Virus record (IMG/VR): IMGVR_UViG_3300042516_003202
Source: a virus
Length of the DNA stretch: 64,000 bases
Strand: one strand, 5' to 3'
Shown piece by piece: positions 1 to 11,700 of the stretch (its first letter is position 1; each line of letters opens with the position of its first letter). Under the pieces are notes generated by a model. It saw nothing but the letters and a program-made list of their open reading frames with translations, was not told the origin of the DNA and did not search any database. The position numbers and the translations under genes were made by a program.

Positions 1-1
1 C

Positions 2-775
2 ATGAGTTCCCGCACCACCACCAAAACCACCAAAAGCAGATGTTGCGGTGTTCCCTCCCGTTCCACCTGCTGCAAAAGAAAGACCTAATCCACTATAACC
101 ATATGATCCAGCTTGCCCTGCTGCAGTTCCATTTCCATATAATCCACCACCACCTCCACCCCATCCATTAGATGATCCAGTTCCACCATTTCCGTTAGAA
201 CCACCAGTTCCAGTAAAATCTGAATAACTAGAACCACCAGTTGTTCCAGATAATCCATCAGAATATGCACCATATATTGCCGAATCAAATGAAGCAAAAC
301 TATACGTTGCTCCTCCTCCACCTCCAGCAATTATAACTGGAGTGTTAAAAAATTCTGTCATAAAAGTTCCCCCACCACCGCCACCAGATCCTGTACTAAA
401 AACAACTCCTTTTTGACCAACAAGTATTTTATACAACATTCCTTTAGTTAAAGTCACTACAGACTCAATAATAATTCCTCTAGAATAATTTGCATAATAA
501 CCATCTTGACCAGCGGCACCTGCAGCACGAATTGTATAACTACCTGTTGTTGGGGCATACCAATACTGAATTCCAGAACTTACTGAAAAATAAGTTGAGT
601 ACCAAGGTTGCGAGGTATAACTTGAAACTGATGCAAATGAAGTTGGACCAAATCTTCCAGTTGCTCCTCCATTTGTGAATGTAAAGGATGTGAAAGAAAA
701 TAAATCTCCCACTTGATCCATATATGGAGAATAATATGTATTTGGACCAAGTAAAGTTTGTTGAATTGTAGTCAT
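2..775 (-). CDS. Glycine-rich putative adhesin with an ALK/LTK-type Gly-rich domain (runs off the window's left edge)
   Basis: Not in the ORF track. Read by hand from ATG at 775: MTTIQQTLLGPNTYYSPYMDQVGDLFSFTSFTFTNGGATGRFGPTSF...GIQYWYAPTTGSYTIRAAGAAG...LTKGMLYKILVGQKG...GGGGGTFM...PVIIAGGGGG...GGFGGGAG, open to position 2. Paralog of 51616..52683. Confidence 0.85.
   Translation of the reverse strand, partial: MTTIQQTLLGPNTYYSPYMDQVGDLFSFTSFTFTNGGATGRFGPTSFASVSSYTSQPWYSTYFSVSSGIQYWYAPTTGSYTIRAAGAAGQDGYYANYSRGIIIESVVTLTKGMLYKILVGQKGVVFSTGSGGGGGGTFMTEFFNTPVIIAGGGGGATYSFASFDSAIYGAYSDGLSGTTGGSSYSDFTGTGGSNGNGGTGSSNGWGGGGGGLYGNGTAAGQAGSYGYSGLGLSFAAGGTGGNTATSAFGGFGGGAGTH
560..685. repeat. 126-bp near-identical dispersed repeat, copy 1 (copy 2 at 52321..52446)
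   Basis: Alignment by eye at offset 51761 gives 124/126 identity; both mismatches are synonymous. Confidence 0.9.
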
Positions 776-779
776 AATA

Positions 780-3700
780 TCAACTTAATCCAGATCCAGA
801 TATAACAAATTCATTAGGTGTGACGACACATAGAACAGTACAAAGTCCTCTTCCTGCTAATGTTCTATTTCCAGTTGTTGCTGTTCCAGCAATATACATT
901 GTAGTTGAAGCACCTTGTGTAATTGTTTGTGCTGATGAAGAGTTATTATAAATCGTAATTGCATCTCCAGCACTGAAAACGCCAGAAGGGACAGTTACGC
1001 CACCTGTTGTGATATTAACTAAATCGCCAACATCTCCTATTGCAAGAGTGTATGAAGTTGTTTTAGCAAGATTTATTAATTTTCTAAGATTTCCTCCGGA
1101 ATCAGAAACTATAGTAGAAGTTAAGTTACCTGTTGATGGATTATAAGTTAATTTTGATGATGATACGTTTAATGTTGGTGACCCAGATGCCACCGATGAA
1201 AGCATTGGATATCTCGTTGCGTTTGTTGATGTGTCATCAGACACGCTAATAGAACCAAATGGTGCAAATATTGATGTAAATGCCCAATTATCAGTACCAT
1301 AATAATAGAAAACTTGTGCAATTCTTAAATAAACTCCATTTACAGTTTGTGCTGCTGCAGGTATAGAAGCACTGATTAATTGCCAAGTATTATAGTTTAA
1401 AGCACTAGGTGTAATAAGCTCTATTGTAGTATAAGAAGATCCATTAAGACTATATTGAAATAATAAAACATCTGATTGATAGTCTTCTGGTTGATCCCCC
1501 CAAGTTCCATTAGCAGCATTCACATAAAATTGAACTGTGCTAATACCATTTAAATATACCTTATTAAAAGTAGAGACATATCTCGTTCCATTTTGGTATT
1601 CTGAAAGATAACCATCAAAAATTGCTATCGGAGTTCCTGTGGGAACTGCAGTTGATGTTGCCATAGTTCCATAAACTGAACCAAGTGTTGCCAATCTAGT
1701 TCCATTAGAAACATCAAGATTTTCTGGTTCTCTTAAATTTAATAAAACATTATCAAGTGATCCAGTATGATTTTGATCACCTCCAACTTGACCAAATGCT
1801 GGCATCAAAGTTGTAAATGCCCAGTTATCAGTGCCGTAATAAAATGAAGTTTGGGTGATTTTTAAATAAACTCCACCAAAAGTTTTTGCCCCAGATGGAA
1901 CTCTAATAGTTCTTAACGTCCAAACATTACTACTAGCAATATCAATGGGATTTATTATGTCAATATTAGTCCAAAAAGTTCCATCAGTACTATATTGAAC
2001 AAGTAAATTATCATTTTCATAATATTCTGGTAGATCGCCCCAACCAGTTCCACCTCTATTAACGTAATAATTTAAGAAGTCTACATTTGTTAAATGAACT
2101 TTTTCTCTATTTTGAACAAATCTTGTTCCATTTAAATTTAAAGACAAATATCCATCAAAAACTACAATTGGTGTTCCGACTGGAACCGCTGAAATATTTG
2201 ATATGCCGGAATAATTTCCAACTGATGTTAATCTAGTTCCATTTCCTACCGTAAGAGTGTTTAAATTATAAAAATTAAGTAAGAATAAAGAAAGATTTCC
2301 AGAAGAAGATGATGAATCTGATTCTGGTTGACCAAATCCACCAACTAAGGTTGTAAATGCCCAGTTATCAGTGCCGTAATAAAATGAAGTTTGAACAATT
2401 CTTAAATAAACTCCAGAAAAATCTTTTACCGCATCTGGAATAGTTATAGTTCTTAAAGTCCAAACATTACTACTAGCAATATCAATTGGATTTACTGTAT
2501 CAAGAGTAACCCATCCTGTAGATGCGGTTGGGGAAGTTGGGTGATATTGAACAAGTAAATTATCATTTTCGTAATATTCTGGCAAATCTCCCCAACCAGT
2601 TCCACCTCTATTAACATAATATAAAATATAGTCTAATGTTGTTAAATAAACTTTTGTTTTGTTTGTAAGTACTCTAGTGCCATTTTGATATTCTGCAAGA
2701 TATCCATCAAATATTCCAATTAAAGTTCCAGAAGGAACTTTATTTGTTAAAGTAGACATACCTCCATAATATGCTCCCACACTACTCATTCTAACGCCGT
2801 CACCTAAATTTAATGTTAAAGTATTGGCAAAATTCATTAAAGAAACTGTAAGATTTCCTGCACTAGATGGATCATTTACATTTGTACTATCTCCAGTAGA
2901 TGCTATAAGAGAAGTTATTGCCCAATTGTCAGTGTCTTGATAGTATGAAGTCTGAGCAATTCTTAGATATACACCATTATAATATTTTGCACCATCTGGA
3001 ATTTGAACTGTCCTTAAAGTCCATACATTAACACTAGCAATATCAATAGGTCTTATAGTATCGAAAGTAACATAAGTAGATCCATCTGTACTGTATTGTA
3101 AATATAAAAAGTCACTTTGATAATTCTCGGGTTCTTCGCCACCAGCACCTTTGTTAACATAATATGATAAGTATGATATTGTAGTTAAATAAATTCTATT
3201 AAAATTAGTAATTACTCTATTTGAAGTTCCCCCAAAAAATGCAATGTTTGTAGTTCCAGGAACTTCTGTTCTAGTTGAAGTTCCCCTTGCTGAACAAGTT
3301 GTTAACTGTACACCACTTCCAATAGTAAATAAATTTGGATCTGCAAAATTCATGGCAGCAATCATAATGTTGCCATTTCCGGAAGATGTAGTCGAAGAAC
3401 CAGCAGATCCTAATTCTGGTATTACTGAAGTAAATGCCCAGTTATCAGTTTCTTGATAATAAGCTCCTTGTACAATTCTCAAATAAACTCCATTATAATA
3501 CTTAGCAGCTGCTGGAACTCTTTCTGATATTAAAGTCCAAGTATTTGCTGCAACATCATCAGGACCAACTGTTTTTATAGCAGTCCATCCACTAGTTCCA
3601 GTGTAACTATATTCAAGAATTAAATTGTCTAAATTAAATCCCTCTGGAGAATCTCCCCAACTACCAGCTTTATTGACGTAAAAATATACAAATTCTACAG

Positions 3701-5384
3701 AAGTTAAATAAACTTTAAATCTATTTTGAACAAATCTAGTTCCAGATGGTGTTGGAGCACTATTTGTTCCAAAAACTCCAATACTTGTAGTCGTGGAAGG
3801 AACTTGAGTTAATGAAGACATATTAAGAATTGAACTAGGAAATGTAAGAAAAGTTCCAGTTCCCAAAGTTAAACCATTTGGAGTTGCAAGATCTATAAGT
3901 GAATATGAAGAATTTCCTCCCCCAGTTCCAGATGCACCTTGAGTACCTTGTCCTCCTGGACCTTGAATTCCTTGTCTTCCTTGAAGACCTTGAGCTCCTT
4001 GACCACCAATTCCACCAGTAAATCCCTGAACTCCCTGGTGTCCTTGAATACCTTGTCGTCCCTGAGTTCCTTGATTTCCTTGTGTACCTACACCATCTGT
4101 TCCTTGAGAACCTTGTATTCCCTGAATACCTTGCGATCCTTGAATACCAGATCCTTGGAGACCTTGAAAACCTTGAGATCCTATAGTTCCTTGATTTCCT
4201 TGAACACCTTGATTACTTAAACCTTGAGTTCCCTGCCTTCCTTGAATTCCTTGAGAACCTTGAGAACCTTGATTACCAAGAAGACCAGATATTCCTTGCG
4301 TTCCTTGAACACCCTGAGTTGTTCCATCACGTCCCTGAAGTCCTTGAGATCCTTGTAAAGATGCACCCTGAAGTCCTTGAGATCCTTGAAAACCTATTCC
4401 CTGAGTTCCTTGAGCACCTTGATTTCCACTATATCCTTGAAGTCCTTGAGATCCTTGGAAAGATTGTCCCTGAACACCTTGGGTTCCTTGCGCTGTTCCT
4501 GCTCGACCTTGAATACCTTGAACACCTTGAATCCCTTGTCTTCCTTGAATTCCTTGAGAACCCTGAAATCCACTATAACCTTGAGTACCTTGTGCTCCTT
4601 GTGATCCAAGACCTTGAGTTCCTTGGAATCCTTGAGATCCATATTCTCCCTGAATTCCTTGAGATCCTTGGAAAGATTGTCCCTGAACACCTTGGGTTCC
4701 TTGACTGCCTTGAGTACCTTGAACTCCTTGAATACCTTGAGTTCCTTGAGTACCTTGAGTACCTTGAACACCCTGTGTTCCTTGAGTTGCTTGAACACCT
4801 TGAGTGCCTTGATTACTTAAACCTTGAACACCTTGTGTTCCTTGAAAATTACTTATTGTTCCCTGAGCACCTTGTCTACCTTGTGTTCCATGAATTCCCT
4901 GAACACCTTGAAATCCTTGAACACCCTGAGATCCTTGAATACCTTGTCTACCTTGTGTTCCTTGATTTCCTTGAACGCCTTGATTGCTTACACCTTGAAT
5001 ACCTTGGGTTCCTTGAGTTCCTTGAAAGTTACTTATTTGACCTTGAAGACCTTGCAATCCTTGCAGTCCTTGAGATCCTTGTCTTCCTTGCGAACCTTGA
5101 GTTCCCTGAAAATTACTTAAAGAACCTTGAAGACCTTGAATACCCTGAGTTAAAAGTGCCCGAGAATGAATCCAATACCTAGATCCAGTTTGAGCACCTA
5201 CTGAAATTGGTACGTAATGATCATATTCAGTTCCAGCAGGAACTGGTTTTGCGCCAATAGAAGATACTCCAACTAATGGATCTCCAAGATCTGGTTCTGC
5301 TTGTTCTAATCCAAGAAACTCATAACGATCTGAAGTAATTCCAGTTTGGTCAAACTTTTTAACTCTGCCTGAATTATATTTCAT
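780..5384 (-). CDS. Collagen-like tail fibre/virion protein (1534 aa) with five tandem jelly-roll (reelin-like) repeats and a C-terminal tip domain
   Basis: About 400 aa of G-X-Q triplets, then five repeats ending VYLRIxQxxYYxxTDNWAFTS, then a C-terminal domain (TTSYTLAIGDVG...AGDAITIYNNS...RTLAGRGLCTVL) typical of phage fibres. Confidence 0.8.
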   Translation of the reverse strand: MKYNSGRVKKFDQTGITSDRYEFLGLEQAEPDLGDPLVGVSSIGAKPVPAGTEYDHYVPISVGAQTGSRYWIHSRALLTQGIQGLQGSLSNFQGTQGSQGRQGSQGLQGLQGLQGQISNFQGTQGTQGIQGVSNQGVQGNQGTQGRQGIQGSQGVQGFQGVQGIHGTQGRQGAQGTISNFQGTQGVQGLSNQGTQGVQATQGTQGVQGTQGTQGTQGIQGVQGTQGSQGTQGVQGQSFQGSQGIQGEYGSQGFQGTQGLGSQGAQGTQGYSGFQGSQGIQGRQGIQGVQGIQGRAGTAQGTQGVQGQSFQGSQGLQGYSGNQGAQGTQGIGFQGSQGLQGASLQGSQGLQGRDGTTQGVQGTQGISGLLGNQGSQGSQGIQGRQGTQGLSNQGVQGNQGTIGSQGFQGLQGSGIQGSQGIQGIQGSQGTDGVGTQGNQGTQGRQGIQGHQGVQGFTGGIGGQGAQGLQGRQGIQGPGGQGTQGASGTGGGNSSYSLIDLATPNGLTLGTGTFLTFPSSILNMSSLTQVPSTTTSIGVFGTNSAPTPSGTRFVQNRFKVYLTSVEFVYFYVNKAGSWGDSPEGFNLDNLILEYSYTGTSGWTAIKTVGPDDVAANTWTLISERVPAAAKYYNGVYLRIVQGAYYQETDNWAFTSVIPELGSAGSSTTSSGNGNIMIAAMNFADPNLFTIGSGVQLTTCSARGTSTRTEVPGTTNIAFFGGTSNRVITNFNRIYLTTISYLSYYVNKGAGGEEPENYQSDFLYLQYSTDGSTYVTFDTIRPIDIASVNVWTLRTVQIPDGAKYYNGVYLRIAQTSYYQDTDNWAITSLIASTGDSTNVNDPSSAGNLTVSLMNFANTLTLNLGDGVRMSSVGAYYGGMSTLTNKVPSGTLIGIFDGYLAEYQNGTRVLTNKTKVYLTTLDYILYYVNRGGTGWGDLPEYYENDNLLVQYHPTSPTASTGWVTLDTVNPIDIASSNVWTLRTITIPDAVKDFSGVYLRIVQTSFYYGTDNWAFTTLVGGFGQPESDSSSSSGNLSLFLLNFYNLNTLTVGNGTRLTSVGNYSGISNISAVPVGTPIVVFDGYLSLNLNGTRFVQNREKVHLTNVDFLNYYVNRGGTGWGDLPEYYENDNLLVQYSTDGTFWTNIDIINPIDIASSNVWTLRTIRVPSGAKTFGGVYLKITQTSFYYGTDNWAFTTLMPAFGQVGGDQNHTGSLDNVLLNLREPENLDVSNGTRLATLGSVYGTMATSTAVPTGTPIAIFDGYLSEYQNGTRYVSTFNKVYLNGISTVQFYVNAANGTWGDQPEDYQSDVLLFQYSLNGSSYTTIELITPSALNYNTWQLISASIPAAAQTVNGVYLRIAQVFYYYGTDNWAFTSIFAPFGSISVSDDTSTNATRYPMLSSVASGSPTLNVSSSKLTYNPSTGNLTSTIVSDSGGNLRKLINLAKTTSYTLAIGDVGDLVNITTGGVTVPSGVFSAGDAITIYNNSSSAQTITQGASTTMYIAGTATTGNRTLAGRGLCTVLCVVTPNEFVISGSGLS
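3935..5140 (-). repeat. (G-X-Q)n collagen-like coding repeat, 9-bp period (ccttgagtt/ccttgaaca on plus strand)
   Basis: 9-nt periodicity is directly visible; translates as GTQ/GVQ/GSQ/GLQ/GIQ. Confidence 0.95.
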
Positions 5385-5392
5385 AATTTATA

Positions 5393-5752
5393 TTATTGCT
5401 TTGCAGTTTCTAAAACACTGAGAATAAGGTTTAAAACCCCATTAGTATTAGATTGAATTTTAATAACATCATTAGTTTCCAAAGCCAATCTTCCATCAGA
5501 AACTAGATTAACTGAATCATTTGGTGGTACATATACTGAATTTGCAAATATATAATCGTTTGGAGATTCACTTGTTCTTGAATGTATTGCAGTTACAGTA
5601 TAGGTGCTTTTAGCAGCACCTGATGATACATTTGCCACTTGTGATAAAATTACAATAGATGATACGCCAATGGGGCAAGTATATATTCCAACATTATTTG
5701 TTGTAATACCAACTCTAATTGTTCGGAATTTATTAAGTGCAATTGCTGCCAT
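5393..5752 (-). CDS. Small conserved cyanophage virion-associated protein (119 aa)
   Basis: Beta-rich protein following a giant fibre gene; similar size and pattern (ANV..G...VP.ND/DS...LE) to 58239..58601. Confidence 0.6.
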   Translation of the reverse strand: MAAIALNKFRTIRVGITTNNVGIYTCPIGVSSIVILSQVANVSSGAAKSTYTVTAIHSRTSESPNDYIFANSVYVPPNDSVNLVSDGRLALETNDVIKIQSNTNGVLNLILSVLETAKQ

Positions 5753-5756
5753 GTTT

Positions 5757-8700
5757 CTAACTTAATGCAATAATTAGAGGGGTTACTGTATTTAACAGAC
5801 TTTGACTGAATGATCTTCCAGTAATTGTTCCAGTTAATTGATTAATCACAACGCCATCGCCAATTTGGAAGTTTCCTGCCTGATTTGTGCTCGTATATAC
5901 AACTTGTCCACCATTACGCTTATCAACTTCATTTGCCTGAATTGTGACACCACCTAAAGCAGGTTTTGCTGTATTAATATTTGTTCCAGATCCAACCCAC
6001 TCTAATGAAATTGAAGTTGCAATTTGTAAACTCAATCTTGAGAAATAAACTGTTGTCCCAGCACCTACTGTATTATTTAGATTTTGAGTCAGAACCAATG
6101 TTGAAGTTCCATTAACTGGTAATGTTGCCGTTGTAATAGTATAATAAAGAGGATACAAAACTGCTTCTGCAGTTGCATTTACTCCAGATCCTCCAGGAAA
6201 ATCAGTAATTGTAACGCTTGGGGAATTTAAGTATTGACTTCCATTACTGATTACGTCTATTGAAGTTATAACACCATTTTCATCAACGTTGGCAGAAGCT
6301 TCTGCACGAATTCCGCTAGGACCTTCTGGGAATCCAATTGTTACGTTTGGTGGATTTGTGGGATTGTAACCATTTCCACCATTTGTAACTTTAATAGCAT
6401 TGACTTGATAGTACAATTCGCCAAAATAAATTGCCTGACCGTCATAAGGTCTTTGTGTCCCCAATCCAGAAATTGTAACAGTATCAGTTTCAATTTCTGC
6501 AGTTCCTACGGTTTCTCCAGTGTAACGATAAATTGATTTTGAAGTATAATCACCAACTCCATCGGAAACAAGACCATAATTACCAAACGAACAGTTTGAG
6601 TTTGTAATATCACACTGACCACCAGATTTTGTAAAGATTCCAATATCGTCGCAAATTGTAAAGATAGAAACCAATTGTGTATATGCACCATTTGTGATAG
6701 AAACACCAATACCATTTTGATTATATTGAGTATAAGAATCAACACTCATGGTTCCAGTTACACCAATATCTTCTTTATCACCAGGCTCTGCCGCAAATCC
6801 ATCCACTTTCATTCCGATACTATCACCAATAAAGTTAGTGCAGTTTCTTACATAAGGACCTTGAGTAATTGGACCAACTCCTTTGGAGTATGGTGGGATT
6901 ACAATTCCACCAACAACATAAGTATGACCTATTCCAGTTTTACCAACATTTACTGTAAATGTATTTCTTTCATTAGTTGTAGAAAGAACCTCAAATGCAT
7001 ATCCATTATTTCCAGATGGGAATAATGTAGTTGTAGCTGCTCCACTAGAACATGCAAATTCAAGATCCCGTAATGTTACGATATCACCAGTTCTTACTGA
7101 AATGCCAGGAGCAGTAATTGTAACAATACCAGTATTATTGTCATATTTTGCTTCAGTAACTTCTAATGAACGATTAACTACATAACCACCAGAAACATAA
7201 CTATGGGGAATAGTTGAAATTCCAGTATAAACATCAAAAGAGTCGTCTGAATTAATTTTAGTTACATAAAATTCATATCCATAATATCCAGATGGGAATA
7301 ATTGAGTTGAAACAGGTCCTCCAGAGGAGCATGAGAACTTAAGGTTTCTAACCTCAATTAAATCTCCAACCTTGACTAACAATCCTGGTGCTTTGATAGT
7401 AGTTTTTCCTGAAGTTTCTTCATAAAGAGCACTCGTAACACCGACAATAGAATCAAACCCTTTTCCTCTATTTCCTGGATATGTGGTATTAAATCCAACA
7501 TATGAGAATGCAGTTGATCCTATTCCTATAATTGAAGTAACAATTCCAACACAAACTTTCATCGCTGAAGTTACGTCAGCACATGAATTAATTACATTAT
7601 TAAATCCAGTTGCAGGATCAACTTGCATCGCAAGGTCTTTAATTTGAGTGAATTCATTCTGGAAATTGGTATATTTTTGAACTGTTCCACCAGAAACATA
7701 GGTGTGTGGAAGAACAGTTTTTCCACCAACAAACTCAAATGTATTTGGTCCAACTACCGATTTAACTGGGAAAATATAATTAAAAGTTCCATCTGGGAAA
7801 GTTGTGGTTGTATAGTTAGAAGTTAAAGTACCTCCATACATGTAACGATGATCTAATGTAGAAGTTCCTACATTTACCTTAACTTTATTTGAAACATAAA
7901 GTGCTGGGTAAGATCCTAGATTACCTGCAGATATAACTGTGGTTAGTATTGAAATTAAATTATCAATATTTGTTTTAACATCGGCGCAAGAATTTTCACT
8001 AGTATTAGATCCTGTAGCAGGATCTGCACTTATTGTTAAATCCTTAACATTTAGTTGATTTGTAATTGCTTTCTTAGCATAATCACGAACCGCATTAAAT
8101 GCAGTTACACTTTGCGTTTCTTCACCAACTAAACCATTAGAAATTGGTGCTCCATTCTTATTAAAATATGCTCTAGTTGCTTCACGAATGTGCTTATTAG
8201 TTCCATACTTAACATCCTTAACCAAAGCATCAACAATATATCCAATATCTCTACGACACTTATTTTCACCAGAAACAAATATTCCTGGATTGTTTCTAAT
8301 TGTATTAAGAGAAGTTAGTGAACCAGCAGAAACAACAGTTGTAATTAGAGAAGTTAAAGTGTCTAATGCACTTTGGACATTTGCACAAGATGATGATGAA
8401 GTATTAGATCCAGTTACAGGATCTGCAGTTAGTGTTAGATCTTTTGTGGTAAGTTGATTTGTAATTGCCTGCTTCATCAGGTTTCTTGCCTGATTAAAAG
8501 CATAAACAGATTCTGTTTCTTCACCAACTAAACCATTAGAAATTGGTGCTCCATTATTGAAATATTGTCTTACAAATGCAATAGAATAAGAATTTCCACC
8601 AGTAAATATGTCTGTAGAAACCGCATCAATAAAATATCCAAGATCTCTCTTACATTTGGTTTGCGTTCCGGAAATTCCAGGATATTGTGCAACTGTTGCC

Positions 8701-11700
8701 GACCAAGCACTGTTGACAATTTCTGTTCTGTTTTGTTGAATTAATCTGTAAGAATCTTTAAATCTTGAGAATCTTGTGGTTTGAACGTCATTTGGATAGT
8801 AGAAATCTGGATGTGAAATTGCAATTGCAGCAAGAGACTTATCAATAATTTCCGTTCTATTCTTTTGAATTAAGTTAGCAGCATCTATGTAACGGTTATC
8901 TGCAGTTGCAATTATGGTAAATTCATATCCAAGATTTCCTGATGGATAGTATGCAGTAGAAGGACCACCACCACTATCACATTCCCAAACAAGATTTTCT
9001 AACTTAATTTTTTTACCAGGTTCAATATATAAATGTGCTCCAGCAGTTGTTCCTAAACCAACCGCAGTTACTGTGGCAATACCAGTTGTACGATCATAAG
9101 ATGCTGTTGAGATACCGAAAATAGGAGTATAGAGTTTTGATACTTCTCCACCATATTGGTAAATGTGATCTAAAGTGGATTTTCCTACATTAACAACAAA
9201 TGTTTTTGTATCAAGTATATCTTGAACTGTAAATTCATATCCATAATTACCTGATGGATAAATTGCAGTTGATGGACCACCACCACTATTACATTCAAAT
9301 ACGAGATTCTGAAGTTTTACTCTATCTCCAGATGTAATTTTTAATGCTGTTGAAGTTTCTATAGTTGAAATTCCAGTTAATCTATCGTAAGAAGCAGTTA
9401 CAACACCAACAGGGAATCCAGAAGATCCTGGAGTGCATGAATAAGTTAATCCTTGAACTTTTACTGGATCTTTTGTACTTAATCCATGATTAATTGCTGT
9501 TACTGTAGTAATACCAGTATTGGCATCATAAACAGCATTCACAACTGTTGTTCCTAATCCTACTGGATATCCACCCCAAGAACAATTATTGATAACTGCT
9601 CTTGCAACATTGAATGAATAATCTAGAGTTGCTATAGTTTGCTTAACTTCTTCTGGATTTTTTAGAATTCCCGATTTTAAACTCCAATCATTATTATAAT
9701 ATGCTTTACCAGCATCAATAGATCTAGAGTTTCCACCTCTAGTAATATCATGTATAATGCACTTCCAAATATCCGATACATCATCTGCACAATCATTACT
9801 TTCTAAATTAACACCATATCTAACAGCAGGTGCATTTGATGTTGTTCCTGCACCAATCATATTAGTTACAATACCAACTAATTGTTTGATTGTTGTACCT
9901 ACACCTACACATCCACCATTTACTTGAATAACGGAAAGATCCTTAACTTGAGAAACGCTATTTCCAATACCTTGATATGATATTGGTGGTGTTGTGTTAT
10001 TAATCACATGAGTTGCAATTCCAGCAGCATAATCAAGTGCTGCGATTGTCGCTTCCGAAACACCAACACCTGTAATATGAATTAAACCACCAGAACTATT
10101 AAAATATGAATATCCAGCACCAATTGATTTACGATTACTATTTGCTTTTAAATCATAAGAAATTGCTTGCATAATACTAACAACATCTTCTTTACAATTA
10201 GTGTAACTACTAATTCCAAGAGTAAAATTATATCCAGATGGTGATGTTAAGAAACCAACTGCTTCTGCTGAAATATAATTTAAGTTCTTATCAATTAATC
10301 TTGCGGCATCTTGTTCCCTATGACTTCCAGCAAATCCACTAAATCCACTGGTTAAGAACCCAACAGACTCTTTTGCAATATATCTTAAGTTAAATCGAAT
10401 CATTCTTGCAGCATCAAAGAATCTATCAGTAGCAACACCAAGTAAGGGTTGAAGAGCAACAACAGCAGCTCCATTTTTCATTGCTGGACCAATAAAACTT
10501 GCATCTGTAATATGACATCCATTATTTACATGGAACATATCTTGATTTAAGTTTTTCGGTGTAATTACACAGTTTCTAAGTTCTGTTCCTTCAACAGAAA
10601 CCGTTTTGGCAAGAATAATCGGGTTGTCTTCAATATAAGTTCCTGGGAATACTTTAATAGTGTCTCCAAATACTGCAACAGATGCGGCCGATTTAATTGT
10701 TTTCTTTGGATAATTTTCTGCAAGGCCAGTATTATCATCATTACCGTTCATAGAAACATAAATCGTCCTTCCAACTGGTTTGTAAGATTGAATTTTAACC
10801 TTTCCTTTTCCAGGAATTTGTGATTCAAAAATGTCAATTCCAATTCCAGGAACAATTTGAGTTACAATTCCTACTAATGTTTCTCCATTACCATAATAAT
10901 TTGTAGCAGTTGCAGTTCCAACAACCGTCAAAGTATTAGTAATTGCACTTGTTCCAATACCAATACTTCCGGATGAAGGGTTGAATACTAATTTTTCAGA
11001 AGAAACAAATACTGTTGAAATGGATCCTGATTTTTCTGTTGAAAAACCTATGTAAGAAACAAAATTGTCTTCAGTATCTTTTAATTCTATAGAAACTGAA
11101 GAACCCTGAATCCCTTGCATTCCTTGAACACCTTGGGATGCTTGAACACCTTGGGTTCCTTGTGTCCCCTGAGATCCTTGAAGACCTCTAGTTCCTTGTG
11201 TTCCCTGAGTGCCTTGTGTTCCCTGGACGCCAGTTCCTTGCAATCCTTGGAATCCTTGTGTTCCTTGGATACCCTGATTACCTTGAACACCTTGAGTTCC
11301 TGTTCCCTGAAGACCCTGAAGACCTTGGAATCCTTGTGTTCCTTGAATACCCTGTTTTCCTTGAGAACCTTGAGTTCCTTGTGTTGCTTGAACACCTTGA
11401 TTACCTTGAGTTCCTTGGAAATTACTTATAGGGCCTTGAATACCCTGTCTTCCTTGAGCACCTTGAGTTCCTTGAGCACCTTGAGTTCCTTGAGTACCTT
11501 GTGTTGCTTGTGTTCCTTGTGTTGCTTGAACACCTTGAACACCTTGATCACCTTGAAGACCTTGTGTTCCTTGGAAGTTACTTATTTGCCCCTGGAGACC
11601 TTGGAGACCTTGGAGACCTTGGAATCCTTGTGTTCCTTGAGTTCCTTGAGTTCCTTGATTACCTTGAGTTCCTTGGAAATTACTTAGAGATCCTTGAAGT

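Noticed and set aside
560-685. Diversity-generating retroelement TR/VR pair (both mismatches are A to G on the coding strand, and an Mtd_N-like domain is present at about 14612-14755)
   Set aside because: Only two mismatches, both synonymous; both copies lie inside coding genes away from the C-terminus; no reverse transcriptase in the window.
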